The notes beneath the pieces are model-generated. The model had not been told where the DNA came from. It was given only the letters and a program-made list of their open reading frames with translations, and did not search any database. A stretch of DNA of 34,761 nucleotides. Source: Candidatus Fermentibacterota bacterium (GTDB lineage Bacteria > JAFGKV01). The position numbers and the translations under genes were made by a program. Below, one piece after another: positions 8,901 through 17,907 of this stretch; the first letter of the stretch is position 1, and each line of letters opens with the position of its first letter. The stretch covers positions 1 through 34,761 of the forward strand of contig JAFGKV010000300.1 in the NCBI GenBank assembly GCA_016928395.1. The letters run 5' to 3'.

Positions 8901-9006
8901 GACGAGGCTCCGCCGGGAACATGACGCTGTCCTCAAGGACCTGGACAGGGAACTGACCAAGCGACTCAAACCGACCCTGAGTCAGCGATACGGAGGGGAC
9001 GAGTGA
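5908..9006 (+). CDS. addB: AddB/RexB-like inactive-helicase plus PD-(D/E)XK nuclease subunit
   Basis: Degenerate SF1 helicase body (FDRVVIMGANRGRLP, EDPLLSD). C-terminal nuclease RFDRLE...IVDYK with Fe-S staple Cys (ACPFRFF ... CAYCPYSRVC). Overlaps the addA-like gene. Start uncertain (5842 GTG alternative). Confidence 0.8.
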   Translation: MARDVVLAPSFPLLLHRLVARVCAHHHDDPLVSEIILVPNAPVARFVESALAAASPAPLLNVQVIPIRWAPQRLAPRDVHIPEPPAPLLLEGAARRLLRRHIPAMAVLDGAERALMATFTDLLDAGFIDKETVREFGASLSVEGQDRQTLKLYALWLELLTKAGLVPAQIAFARSSWPVEARWLHVFGFLRVEGVLADMIDRWAHASSDMDVAHYFPCHPDALSGKLFGYDYVAGHVEQAHLHHVSERIRAPAYSSGLFPEIDAILVRDTPGGNAMHDVRLDQVGFIAAAGEAGEVEAAARIVAEALAEPSRTVRPEDLAVLASDISLYEPFIRSIFAEMDLPVRWLHPVSAGQHPAVRWMSTLLSLPQGGFSAVSVRELLGSPFVRLPAPWDAEDFTLLDAKLREMGSTPLAGDEWRARWCDKPGEPWAELAAAFVGELKASFGAQSCGGFVELMQGFLNRWVTPKIIEDDGVLAAWVRGIECLRDLDTLGYPDDEPAGDIARVFCHDALEGVSLPGAQQARGVMVGSMSAASGMAFDRVVIMGANRGRLPRQAREDPLLSDAARSRIAADLGYGVPLASDAPRRDKLLFVLTILSARERAWVTYQHASANGDAKSPSLFFPLIFGEHADQVIQFHTDRSSRLTQIVERGEHHLTAREAARLILGEGDSRRVGMLTSLLGQAFTSGLDRARAVLRAREGTEATIFDVGAAAPRDAIVGALGSTGAWRDLDACPFRFFLGRVLRIPEPGETAGLWQPTMLDRGKLLHKALEMALLPGIPAKHQCRQRAQEAWEAARTWYLSEHRHADLPGFVALELDQVAQWFVPTLEEEIRLVARRRQAVGEGLRVGTEQSYDGMLTLDGERIPLRVRFDRLESHRAAGKSVPLRIVDYKLHTREKSIDRDAINLQAFLYAEAIESAQGIRPDTEYVEIVPESLPAQTLSVDATDRTAKDLFRRKASHLLRSALAGVWHLREEPVTCAYCPYSRVCRRYDSTILGKATRLRREHDAVLKDLDRELTKRLKPTLSQRYGGDE

Positions 9007-12000
9007 TGGGCGCAGGCGCACGCCCGACTGATGCCGCCGAGCGGATCGCCGCAGTGACGACCTTCGACCGCAATGTGATGGTCGTGGCCGGCGCCGGCAC
9101 CGGGAAGACCGCGCTCCTGACGGCTCGGGCTTTGGTCTATCTGCTCGGTGAATCCCATATCCAGCGACCAAAGCGCAACGCGGCCCAGCGGGCCGACGAA
9201 ATCCTGGCCCTGACCTTCACGGAGAAGGCCGCTGCCGAAATGGGCGAACGCCTGGTCGGTTTTCTCGGCGCGCTGTCGCGACCGAACGCCGCTGAAACCC
9301 TGGAGGGACCGCTGGTTGAGCTAGTGTGGGAACCGCTGAGACAGAAGTACGGGCTCTCCGAAGATGAGATCCGGCGGCGTGCCGCCGAGGCGCTGGAGCA
9401 TGTCGAACGCGTCGAGACCTCCACCATCCATGCGTTTTGCTCATCGCTGCTCCACCGCTACCCCTTCCAAGCCGGTGTGTGCCCCACCTTCGAGGTGGAC
9501 ACGGAGGGGGAGCAACTTGATGCCATTCTAACACAGGTCTGGGAAGCGCATGTGCGGGACCAACTCGGCGACCCTGCGGACGTGGCCGATGCGTGGCGAA
9601 CCGTCTTCGGTGCAGGATTGGACTTGCCTACGCTGCAGAAGTTCGTGAGGGCACTGGTCACGTCGCGAGTGCCGACTGAGCTGCTGCTGGAACCTCGAGT
9701 ACTTGTCGGCGATCCCGACGAGCACGCGGCACGGCTTTGCGATGCCCTGCCCGAGCTGGAGAGGGTGGCGGCGACAATCGAGGGATTGGATCTGCCCCCC
9801 AAACTCAGGCTGGGAAGGTGGGCTCGGGTCGCGCTCGCGATGGGTCACGCATATGCATCGCCCGGCGGCCGTGCTGATCCCGAGGTTGTGAATGAATGGG
9901 ACAAGGTTCTGGAGAATGATGTCGAAGGTCTCTTCAACGCCACGACCGCCAAGCGATTGGCTACTCGGGGCATTTCTGAGGAGCAGCTTCAGCCGGGTGT
10001 AGGGATGATCGTGGAACTGGTAGAAGAGGCCAGGGCCTTCACTCCGGTGGAAATGACTGCCGTCCATGAGATATGCGCGCCGATGATTCGGGAAGTGCGG
10101 GAGCGGGCCGCGCGGGAAGGCGCCCTCGGTTTCGAGCAGCTCTTGGTGCACGCCGCGGAGCTGATTGCCTCCAACGCCGCCATTGCGGCCAGGTTACGAG
10201 AACGCTACCGGTGTGTCTTGCTCGACGAGGTCCAGGACACGGATCCGCTGCAGTACGACATCATCAAGCCGTTCCGTGGCCGGGGACACACGCCCTCATG
10301 GGGGACGCATGGCAGCTTCGTGGTGGGCGATCCCAAGCAATCCATCTACCTGTTCCGTGATGCGGACATTGAGGCGTTTCAGGTTCAGACGGATGAGTTG
10401 GCTCAGACGGGTCTCTCCGTCACCATTGACGCCAACTTCCGCTCTGATCCCCGCATCATCACAGTCGCGAATGCGCTCTGTAGCCGTCTCTTCGCCACGG
10501 GAAACCACCCTCGAGAGGTTCAGCCGGCCTACGAACCGCTGACCCCGCATCGCGAATCAGAAGGCGGGGACGTGCCGGTCGAGGTAGTGCGAGTCGAGGT
10601 TCCGGGGCCCAAGGTCAGCAAGGGGGACTGTGCCCGCGCGGAGATCGGTGTGGTGATCGAGCGCCTGCGCGCTTTGCGCGGGCAGTTCGCCTGGCGAGAC
10701 ATGGTGATTCTGGTCCCGACACGGACGGGGATCGACGAACTGCATGGCGCGCTGCAGGAGGCGGGGATTCCCGCGGTGTTCTCGGGAGGCAGGGGCTTCT
10801 ACACGCGGCAGGAGGTGCTGGACACGGTGCATCTGTTGGCGAGCCTGGCGGACCCCAGCGACAAGGGAGCGCTGGTTGCGTTCCTGGGCTCTCCCGCAGG
10901 AGGTGTCGGCAACGATGACCTGTTGGAGCTCTGCGCGGCGGGCCTGGCCGAGGATTTCACCTATCTGGACGTGGCGGCCCTCGACCGACCGGAACAGCAT
11001 CCAGGCCTTGGAGGTCTGGCTTTCGAGGAGCGCCAACGAGTCGCAGGGGTACTGACCGAACTGGCCCGGCTGCATCGTTGCATCAGGGAGTGTGAGACGT
11101 GGGAGGCGTTCCAGGATCTCAGGCAGGCGCTTCCCGTGGTCGAAGCGTGGGGCTTCAGCCGATTCGGCAGGCAGCGGATGGCCAATGTGGACAAGCTTCT
11201 GGACGAAGTCGAGGCCCGGGTTCGGGCCGGATCGAGCCTGGCGACAGTGGTGCGGGAAATGGTGGAGCAGGAGCTGGTGGAGCGGGAAGGAGAGGAGAGT
11301 GCGCTGGCGAGCCCGACGCTGGATGCGGTGACCATCGAGACCATTCACGGTGCCAAGGGCCTGGAGTTCCGAGTCGTGATCCTGGCGAATCTGCTTCGCG
11401 ATATCAAACCGGAGACCGAGAAGAATCTCTATGTCGCCCGGGATTGGACCAGCGGCAGGATCGCAGCTCGGGTGGGAGCGCTGAGAAACCACGCCGCGCG
11501 AGCCTACCACCTCTCCAGATGTCGGAAGAAGGAGGCGGAGATTGCCCGCCTGTTGTATGTCGCGCTGACCCGTGCCAAGAACCGATTGGTCCTCTTCCTT
11601 TATCCCTCTCTCAGAGGCATCACCTATTCGAGCCTGCTAACGAAGGCGTTGGACGAGGCGTGTGCTGCAGGGGAGTTAGAGGACGATAGAGAACTGACCA
11701 TCGCCGCGGGTGGGGAAGCAGGGAGAGAGGAGGCCTTGATGGCACAGCCCCGTCGGCCGGCCGTTCCCCTGGACGCGATCGTCTCGAACATCCGGCAACG
11801 CCGCGAGGCGCGCGCGACTCTTCAGGCACTACCGGCGCGGCTGACGCCGTCATCGGGAGACGAGCCTTATCCACGGAGGGAGCTGCCCGCTGAGGATACG
11901 GAGGCATACCCCGAATCACGGGATAGGGCGTTGCGTTTCGGCGATCTGTGTCACGCCGTGCTCCAACATCTTGATTTGACGCAGCCAGACGAGGATTTGA

Positions 12001-12401
12001 ATCAGGCGCTTGCATCCCCCCTGGCGCAGCGAATCGCAGGGAATCTCTACGGCGAGCTGGTTGATGAGGCGCGAGAGGTCCTCGCGGCCGCGATCCAGGC
12101 GCCTTTCTTCCGCGAGGTTATCCTGGGCGCTGATCAGGCGCTGCGCGAGCTGGCGGTGCTGGAAGATGTGGACGGCGCCACCCTGTCGGGTCGGATCGAT
12201 CTGGCGGCCCGCTCGGGTACTGCATGGATCGTCGTGGACTTCAAGACCGATCGCGAGATTGCCCCGCCCGAGGAACTGCTCGCTCGCTACGGCGGCCAGA
12301 AGGAGGCCTATTCGCGGGTACTCGGCCGGGCTCTCGGGCTTTCCAACGCACCCCGCTTCTTCCTCTACTTCCTTCGTCATTGTGCTGCGGTTGAGTTGTA
12401 G
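9003..12401 (+). CDS. addA: AddA/RexA-like UvrD helicase-nuclease
   Basis: AGAGTGKT, LTFTEKAAAEM, STIHAFC, LDEVQDT, VGDPKQSIYLFR, NFRS, TIHGAKGLEF, LYVALTRAK; C-terminal nuclease GRIDL...VDFKT. Confidence 0.88.
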   Translation: MMGAGARPTDAAERIAAVTTFDRNVMVVAGAGTGKTALLTARALVYLLGESHIQRPKRNAAQRADEILALTFTEKAAAEMGERLVGFLGALSRPNAAETLEGPLVELVWEPLRQKYGLSEDEIRRRAAEALEHVERVETSTIHAFCSSLLHRYPFQAGVCPTFEVDTEGEQLDAILTQVWEAHVRDQLGDPADVADAWRTVFGAGLDLPTLQKFVRALVTSRVPTELLLEPRVLVGDPDEHAARLCDALPELERVAATIEGLDLPPKLRLGRWARVALAMGHAYASPGGRADPEVVNEWDKVLENDVEGLFNATTAKRLATRGISEEQLQPGVGMIVELVEEARAFTPVEMTAVHEICAPMIREVRERAAREGALGFEQLLVHAAELIASNAAIAARLRERYRCVLLDEVQDTDPLQYDIIKPFRGRGHTPSWGTHGSFVVGDPKQSIYLFRDADIEAFQVQTDELAQTGLSVTIDANFRSDPRIITVANALCSRLFATGNHPREVQPAYEPLTPHRESEGGDVPVEVVRVEVPGPKVSKGDCARAEIGVVIERLRALRGQFAWRDMVILVPTRTGIDELHGALQEAGIPAVFSGGRGFYTRQEVLDTVHLLASLADPSDKGALVAFLGSPAGGVGNDDLLELCAAGLAEDFTYLDVAALDRPEQHPGLGGLAFEERQRVAGVLTELARLHRCIRECETWEAFQDLRQALPVVEAWGFSRFGRQRMANVDKLLDEVEARVRAGSSLATVVREMVEQELVEREGEESALASPTLDAVTIETIHGAKGLEFRVVILANLLRDIKPETEKNLYVARDWTSGRIAARVGALRNHAARAYHLSRCRKKEAEIARLLYVALTRAKNRLVLFLYPSLRGITYSSLLTKALDEACAAGELEDDRELTIAAGGEAGREEALMAQPRRPAVPLDAIVSNIRQRREARATLQALPARLTPSSGDEPYPRRELPAEDTEAYPESRDRALRFGDLCHAVLQHLDLTQPDEDLNQALASPLAQRIAGNLYGELVDEAREVLAAAIQAPFFREVILGADQALRELAVLEDVDGATLSGRIDLAARSGTAWIVVDFKTDREIAPPEELLARYGGQKEAYSRVLGRALGLSNAPRFFLYFLRHCAAVEL

Positions 12402-12541
12402 AGGCCTCGCTGCGCAAGGCGGTTACGGTTGACGGTACACTTGTCGTAGTCCTGTCGAAGAGTGTCGACTCGCGTCGTGAATTAGTCTCTTCCGTTCTCG
12501 GAGTGATGGCTTCTCTGTCGCGGCTGAGCCCTTGACAGGCC

Positions 12542-12562
12542 TGAAGCAACCCGGTTGCTTCA
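12542..12562. promoter_or_regulatory. Perfect palindrome, candidate operator
   Basis: tgaagcaacc-c-ggttgcttca (10-bp arms, 1-nt spacer), 4 nt after a TTGACA at 12532-12537. Confidence 0.45.
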
Positions 12563-12616
12563 CTCCGAAGCGTATGCTCGTCGTTGTCAAACGCCGGGCA
12601 GTGCCGGATGCCCCGC

Positions 12617-12625
12617 TGGTAGGAT
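12617..12625 (+). promoter_or_regulatory. Putative extended -10 promoter element for tRNA-Lys
   Basis: TG-g-TAGGAT ending 19 nt upstream of the tRNA 5' end. Confidence 0.4.
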
Positions 12626-12643
12626 GTTTCTTCGATTTCGAGC

Positions 12644-12716
12644 GGGGGCGTAGCTCAGCAGGCAGAGCAGCAGACTTTTAATCTGACGGTCGCAGGTTCG
12701 ATTCCTGCCGCCCTCA
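12644..12716 (+). tRNA. tRNA-Lys(UUU), CCA not encoded
   Basis: Cloverleaf: acceptor GGGGGCG/CGCCCTC, D arm GCTC/GAGC, anticodon loop CTTTTAA, T arm GCAGG-TTCGATT-CCTGC, discriminator A. Confidence 0.95.
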
Positions 12717-12755
12717 TGCGCGCACCGCGAACATTCCGTGTATTGCAGGAGCATT

Positions 12756-13019
12756 ATGTCCATGGATGTGACGGTCAATGAGTTTCAGAAGTCAGCGACC
12801 GAGCGGGTCGTTGCGAAGATCCGGGAGTTTCACGGACGACGGTATGTCGATATCAGAGTACACTACCTCGCGAACATCTCAGATAATACCTATGCCCCTA
12901 CGAAGAAGGGAATCATGCTGTCGCCGGATTTGCTTCCCGAGTTTGCCGACATGGTAGCCAAACTCGTCGAGGCCTGCGGCAGCGATGGTGCATTGAATGG
13001 AGAGCCGGGCGAGCCGTGA
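12756..13019 (+). CDS. PC4/p15 (YdbC-like) single-stranded DNA-binding protein
   Basis: Signature EFHGRRYVDIRVHY...PTKKGIML. AGGAG RBS before the ATG at 12756. Confidence 0.85.
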   Translation: MSMDVTVNEFQKSATERVVAKIREFHGRRYVDIRVHYLANISDNTYAPTKKGIMLSPDLLPEFADMVAKLVEACGSDGALNGEPGEP

Positions 13020-13099
13020 GGACCGCATCTCGTTCGGCCCGTTGTCTGTAGAGTCATCGCCTTCCGCGTGCCCGTAGCGGGCACGGGGGGAGAGGGAGG

Positions 13100-14101
13100 A
13101 TGTCTATGACCCTCGCACAGAGCCCTTCCCGGTCATCGGCAGGAGTCGAGACCCAGCGGCGGCTGCTTACTTTCTTTGCCGCCGGGTCTCTGCTGCCAGT
13201 CCTGCTTTTGGTGTACGTATCGGTGGTGTACCTGGTGCCAGTGGCCCGTCAGGGCGCCACATCCGTGGAGCCCGCCGCCATAGTGATGCTGATCGTCGCC
13301 AGCGTGATTCTCGCGGTCTCGGGGTCCATCCTTATGACGGCGACATCACGGCGTCTGGGCGCCATCGCATCCTCGCTGGCCGATGCGGTTCCCGCGGTTC
13401 CGGGTGTGAAAGCCGACGAACTCGATCAGGCGGAGTCTGCGGCCCGCCGCCTGAAAGGTGTCGTGGAGCATCAGAAGGCGGAGATCCACAATCTCCGCCA
13501 GGAGCAGGCGCAATTGCGGCTGGAACTCAGGCAATTGCGTGACGAGATGCAGCGGTCGATCGATGATCAACCCGTCCCAGGCACGTGGGACATAGACGGG
13601 TGGCAGGGGTACCTCGACCAGGAAGTAGAGAGAGCCCGACGGTATCACCGCCATTTCTGCGTGTTATTCGTCCAGATTCACCGGTTCGCCGAGACGGTGG
13701 CGCACCTTCCCTCAGGTGAACGGGAGGAGATCTCCCGATCCATCACCGAACGCCTGCGTTCATGGATCAGGCTCAGCGACCTGATGGCGGGTTCTCCTCA
13801 GCAGTACTATGTGATGCTGCTACCGGAAACCGAGATCACCGGCGGTCGAAAGGTCGCCGAGCGGCTGGTGGCTCGTCTCTGTGACGGCTCGTTCGTCACC
13901 CGGTCGGCGCTCGAGGGGATATCGTTCGAGTCTTCCGGAGGCATCGCATGTTACCCCAGCGATGCCCGGGACGCCGGGTCCCTGGTGGAGTGTGCGCGAG
14001 CGGCCCTGTCCGCCGCCTGCGCTGAGGGGAACGGCGCCGTGGCGATCTACAACAAGGACGAGAGGAAATCGGGCAACTGGCCCCCCCAGGTCTCGCCTTG
14101 A
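13100..14101 (+). CDS. Membrane protein with two TM helices, a coiled coil and a degenerate GGDEF domain
   Basis: GGDEF scaffold (EVERARRYHRHFCVLFV, LLPET, VAERL, SGGIACYP), but the active site reads SPQQY. RLSD sits at the I-site position. Confidence 0.8.
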   Translation: MSMTLAQSPSRSSAGVETQRRLLTFFAAGSLLPVLLLVYVSVVYLVPVARQGATSVEPAAIVMLIVASVILAVSGSILMTATSRRLGAIASSLADAVPAVPGVKADELDQAESAARRLKGVVEHQKAEIHNLRQEQAQLRLELRQLRDEMQRSIDDQPVPGTWDIDGWQGYLDQEVERARRYHRHFCVLFVQIHRFAETVAHLPSGEREEISRSITERLRSWIRLSDLMAGSPQQYYVMLLPETEITGGRKVAERLVARLCDGSFVTRSALEGISFESSGGIACYPSDARDAGSLVECARAALSAACAEGNGAVAIYNKDERKSGNWPPQVSP

Positions 14102-14183
14102 GCGCCGGGCGATCGAGCCTCCGACAGGGCGTCATGGTGCCGGTTGCGTCTTTGCGCCCCGGATTACCGCATCACAGGCGCCG

Positions 14184-15398
14184 GTGACTGTCGCCTTACT
14201 TCTGGCTCGACGCTACCTGCATCATCCAGGTGGCCGAAGACGACTGGCGGGATTGGTGTCCGTCGCAGGGGTTGCCGCCGGAGTCATGCTGCTGCTGGTG
14301 GTCATGGCCGTGCTCAACGGGCTGGCTGACGACCTCAAGGCTCGGATCACCAAGACCGAGAGTCATATTCGGATCACCCGAGACGACGGTCTCCCCGTGG
14401 AGATGGATCCTGCGTCAATCATTGCGTTGTGTCGGCCGGACCGCGTGACCGGTATCGCGAGATTCGTGCAGGGGGAACTCCTGATCATCCACCATGGACG
14501 CACGGCGGGAGCGGTGCTGTACGGCGTCGACATGGAGAGCCCCGGCCGCGGAGAGCAGCTGCACTCCATGCTGGAGAAGGCGCGAGGGCTTGACTCGGGT
14601 TCCCACGGTTTGATTCTGGGCGGATTGCTGGCGCAACGCATCTGGGCGATCCCCGGCGACACCGTACTCATCGCCACACCCAAGGAACTCATGCCGCGTC
14701 CCGGTGGCAGGCCACCCCGGCTCATCCGCCGGGTCGTGGATCGCACCTTCTCCTCCGGCCTGCCCGATTTCGACACCTCATTGGCATTCTTGCCCGTGGA
14801 TGAGGCCACGCTTCTGCTGGAAGGCCAGGCTACCCCCGGGGTGGAGGTCTGGCTGCGCGACCCGGCTCAGGCCCCCCTCGTCGCCCGGGCGCTGAAGGCA
14901 GGGATAGACCCATCGGGACCTTTGCGCGTCAGACACTGGGGAGAACTCAACAGGAGCCTGTTCGATGCGTTGCGCATAGAGAAGCTGGCGATGTTTGCCG
15001 TCATGGCCCTGGTCATTCTTATCGCGGGCTTCAATATCACCGGGGGAATTCTTCGCAATGTCGTGGCCCGCCGGGCGGAGATCGCCATGCTCATGACGAT
15101 GGGCTGCACCCGCACGATGATTATGGGCGTGTTCGTGCTGGAGGGTGTGCTCATCGGAGCCGTCGGGGCCATCCTCGGGAGCGGCGCAGGAATGGGATTG
15201 GGCGCCGCCATCGAACGGTTTGGAATCCTCAGGATTCCTGGCGATCTCATGCCTTTCGATGCCCTTCCCCTGGCCATGCGCATGGGAGATCTGGCCTGGG
15301 TGGTGTTCGCAACAGTGCTCATCACCACCGTGAGCGCCGCCTATCCTGCCTACCGGGCCTCCCGGATGGATCCAGTGGCCATTCTCAGGGATCTGTGA
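14184..15398 (+). CDS. LolC/E-type (FtsX/MacB family) ABC transporter permease, copy 1
   Basis: LLARRYL, SVAGVAAGV..LLVVMAVLNG, WGELNRSLFDALRIEK, AYPAYRASRMDPVAILR. GTG start is an estimate. Confidence 0.88.
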   Translation: MTVALLLARRYLHHPGGRRRLAGLVSVAGVAAGVMLLLVVMAVLNGLADDLKARITKTESHIRITRDDGLPVEMDPASIIALCRPDRVTGIARFVQGELLIIHHGRTAGAVLYGVDMESPGRGEQLHSMLEKARGLDSGSHGLILGGLLAQRIWAIPGDTVLIATPKELMPRPGGRPPRLIRRVVDRTFSSGLPDFDTSLAFLPVDEATLLLEGQATPGVEVWLRDPAQAPLVARALKAGIDPSGPLRVRHWGELNRSLFDALRIEKLAMFAVMALVILIAGFNITGGILRNVVARRAEIAMLMTMGCTRTMIMGVFVLEGVLIGAVGAILGSGAGMGLGAAIERFGILRIPGDLMPFDALPLAMRMGDLAWVVFATVLITTVSAAYPAYRASRMDPVAILRDL

Positions 15399-15755
15399 TG
15401 TGGAGGGATTGAGTGACACAGCGGCCGGAGTCAGCGTTCGGGACAACACATTCAGAACACCCCTCACGACATTCGAAACGAGAGAACGGTGAAGAACGGA
15501 AGCGGACAGCAGGCCACGAGGACGACTCGAATGCGGGCGCATGTGGGCATCAGTGTACGTAGGATGTCGCGTGCCCCTTTCTGCTGGCTCTTGGATGCTT
15601 GCTCCTCAGCGTTCTTCCTGGACGCTGCAGCCTCCGAACGACGAGTGGGTGCACCCCTCGGGTTTCCACGGGGTCACCGAATCCGCAGTACCCCTCTGCG
15701 AAGTCGGGAGGGGTGGACTGGGAACTGCGGACCGTTAGAAGACTGAGCAGCTACG

Positions 15756-16958
15756 ATGAATCTCGCTCTGCGCGCCGCTCTACGATTAGGTTTCTCCTCG
15801 ACCGCGAGGCTCTATCGAGTGATCTCACTCCTCTCGGTTGCGGGGATTTGCGTGGCAGTCACCGCTCTCACAGTTGTCCTGGCCGTGATCAACGGGTTTC
15901 GCTCGGAGTTCGCGCGCTCCTTGCTGCGATCCGAACCGCACATCACGGTGCGGGCCATGGGGCGCAGTCTTGGGGCTTCTGACGAGGACGTCACGACGGC
16001 ACTGGAGCGATTGCCCGGTGTGCGCGCGGCCACACCATATCTGCTGCAGGAGGTTCTGGTAGCCAGGGGGCCACGTGTCGCCGGAGGGCTTCTGAGGGGG
16101 GTGCCGCGGAATGGCCCGTTCCCTTCACAGGCGACGGTACGGGAGGGCCATTGGCCCTTGGAGGGGCCTGAAATCGCGATAGGCAAGGAACTGGCGGCTC
16201 GCGTGGGGGTATCGGTGGGCGATAGCGTGGTGCTGGGGACCTTTCTCACCGTCGGCGAGTCGGGCGCACTTTCGGCTCCCAGAGTGCAAGCTTTCCGGGT
16301 CGGCGCCGTGTTGGATCTGGGCGTCTTCCAGTACAACAACTCACTGGCCGTGACCGAGCTAGGGATGGCCCAGGAATTCTACCGAAGCGAGGGTGTAGTG
16401 ACCGGGCTGGAGGTCATGCTGGAAGATCCCCTCAGCGCAGACAACATCGCTCGCGCAGCCACAGAGGCCTTGGGGTATCCCTATTACGCGACGAGTTGGT
16501 ACGAAATGAACGGACCGATGTTCGCCATGCTTTCGTTGCAGAAGCGGGCGCTCTTTCTTATTCTGTCACTGATGATCATTGTGGCGGGTGCGAATGTAGT
16601 GAGCGGCCTGACGGCACTGGTGAGTGCCCGAGGACGCGACATCGGGATCCTCATGGCCATGGGCGTTCGACGACGGGCAATTGCGATGGTGTTCGTACTG
16701 ATCGGTGCCATGCTTGGGCTTGTGGGGCTTGGCTCGGGCCTGGCTCTGGCTTCCGGGCTCATTGCGGTTGCCAATGAAACGGGCCTGGTGCATCTGGCGG
16801 GAGACGTGTATCAGATCGAGAAACTCCCTCTGGAAATCCAAGGGGTCGATCTCGCCGCAATATCCTGCATGACGCTTCTCGTCTCTATGTTCTGCACCCT
16901 TGTGCCGGCAGTGCGGGCAAGCCGGCTCCTTCCCATAGAGATTCTGAGATATGAGTAG
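15756..16958 (+). CDS. LolC/E-type ABC transporter permease, copy 2
   Basis: ISLLSVAGICVAVTALTVVLAVINGF, PHITV, SWYEMN, RDIGILMAMG, PAVRASRLLPIEILRYE. Confidence 0.9.
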   Translation: MNLALRAALRLGFSSTARLYRVISLLSVAGICVAVTALTVVLAVINGFRSEFARSLLRSEPHITVRAMGRSLGASDEDVTTALERLPGVRAATPYLLQEVLVARGPRVAGGLLRGVPRNGPFPSQATVREGHWPLEGPEIAIGKELAARVGVSVGDSVVLGTFLTVGESGALSAPRVQAFRVGAVLDLGVFQYNNSLAVTELGMAQEFYRSEGVVTGLEVMLEDPLSADNIARAATEALGYPYYATSWYEMNGPMFAMLSLQKRALFLILSLMIIVAGANVVSGLTALVSARGRDIGILMAMGVRRRAIAMVFVLIGAMLGLVGLGSGLALASGLIAVANETGLVHLAGDVYQIEKLPLEIQGVDLAAISCMTLLVSMFCTLVPAVRASRLLPIEILRYE

Positions 16959-17907
16959 GTCTGCTCGCCTGCGTGGGTTGTTGTTTCACAACCTCACCCT
17001 GAAGATTAGCTCGCTGGCGCTGGCGACCCTCCTGTGGCTGCACGCCAGCACACTTCACACCTACGAGGACGTACTCTCGGTCAGGCTCACCGTGTCGGGG
17101 ATTCCCGATTCAATGGTGACCTTAACCCCGGTGCCTGAGCGTGCCCGTGTGGCATTTCGGGGGAAGGGTGACCAGTTGTGGTGGTTGTCCCTTCGGCAGC
17201 CTCAGGTGGTGGTCTCCTTGGACGAGCCTCGCCAGGGTGTCACCATGGTGCCCTTGTATCCGGCCAACGTGCGCGTACCCGGGGGTCTCGACGTACAGGT
17301 CACTGATGTCGTGTCGCCGCGCAGCCTTAGGGTCGAGCTGGATGTGCTCACGCGCAAAACCGTACCTGTCGTCGTGGAGACTGCGGGGCTCCCGGCCGCA
17401 GGATATGTCAGGGTCTCCGACGAGATCGAGGTTGAACCTCCTCACGTGACGCTTGAGGGCCCATCCTCGGTGATTGATGACCTCGATCGTGTGCGGTCCG
17501 AGCCGTTGGACGTGGCCAATGCAAAGGGGCTTGTCGCTCGCAAGGTGCGGCTGCTGCTGCCGCCGGCGCCGTTGCTTTCAGCGAGCGTCGAGGCGGTAAC
17601 GGCCCGGGTGCAGTTCGAGCGTCTCGCCCGCCACACGCTTGTCGCCCAGCCGGAAGCCAATCGCGAAGTACCGGAGGGATGGGTGCTGCAGCCGGCCGAG
17701 GTTCGTCTGCATCTCTGGGCACCCGGCAGCCTGGAGGATTCGCTGCACAGCCTCACCCCCGAGCAGCTTGGCGTGTCAGTCACCATACCCCGCACCCCTC
17801 GGGATTCCACAGTGCTGGATATAGCGGTACAACCACCGGGGTGGATTCGGCAGTGCACGGTCGATCCCCCCCGGGTAGTGCTGCAGCGGAGTCCGCCGGG
17901 GTCGTAG
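16951..17907 (+). CDS. YbbR/CdaR-like domain membrane-anchored protein
   Basis: N-terminal HNLTLKISSLALATLLW anchor; beta-rich repeats with RKTVPV, GLPAAGY and VEPPHVTLEGP. Overlaps the upstream gene. Confidence 0.78.
   Translation: MSRSARLRGLLFHNLTLKISSLALATLLWLHASTLHTYEDVLSVRLTVSGIPDSMVTLTPVPERARVAFRGKGDQLWWLSLRQPQVVVSLDEPRQGVTMVPLYPANVRVPGGLDVQVTDVVSPRSLRVELDVLTRKTVPVVVETAGLPAAGYVRVSDEIEVEPPHVTLEGPSSVIDDLDRVRSEPLDVANAKGLVARKVRLLLPPAPLLSASVEAVTARVQFERLARHTLVAQPEANREVPEGWVLQPAEVRLHLWAPGSLEDSLHSLTPEQLGVSVTIPRTPRDSTVLDIAVQPPGWIRQCTVDPPRVVLQRSPPGS

Noticed and set aside
5908-9006. Cas4-like nuclease implying CRISPR or a defence system
   Set aside because: The Fe-S PD-(D/E)XK domain is the normal AddB C-terminus paired with AddA. 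No cas genes or arrays are present.
12644-12760. tRNA as an integration site for a genomic island
   Set aside because: No integrase, no duplicated tRNA 3' end seen, and downstream genes are housekeeping-like.
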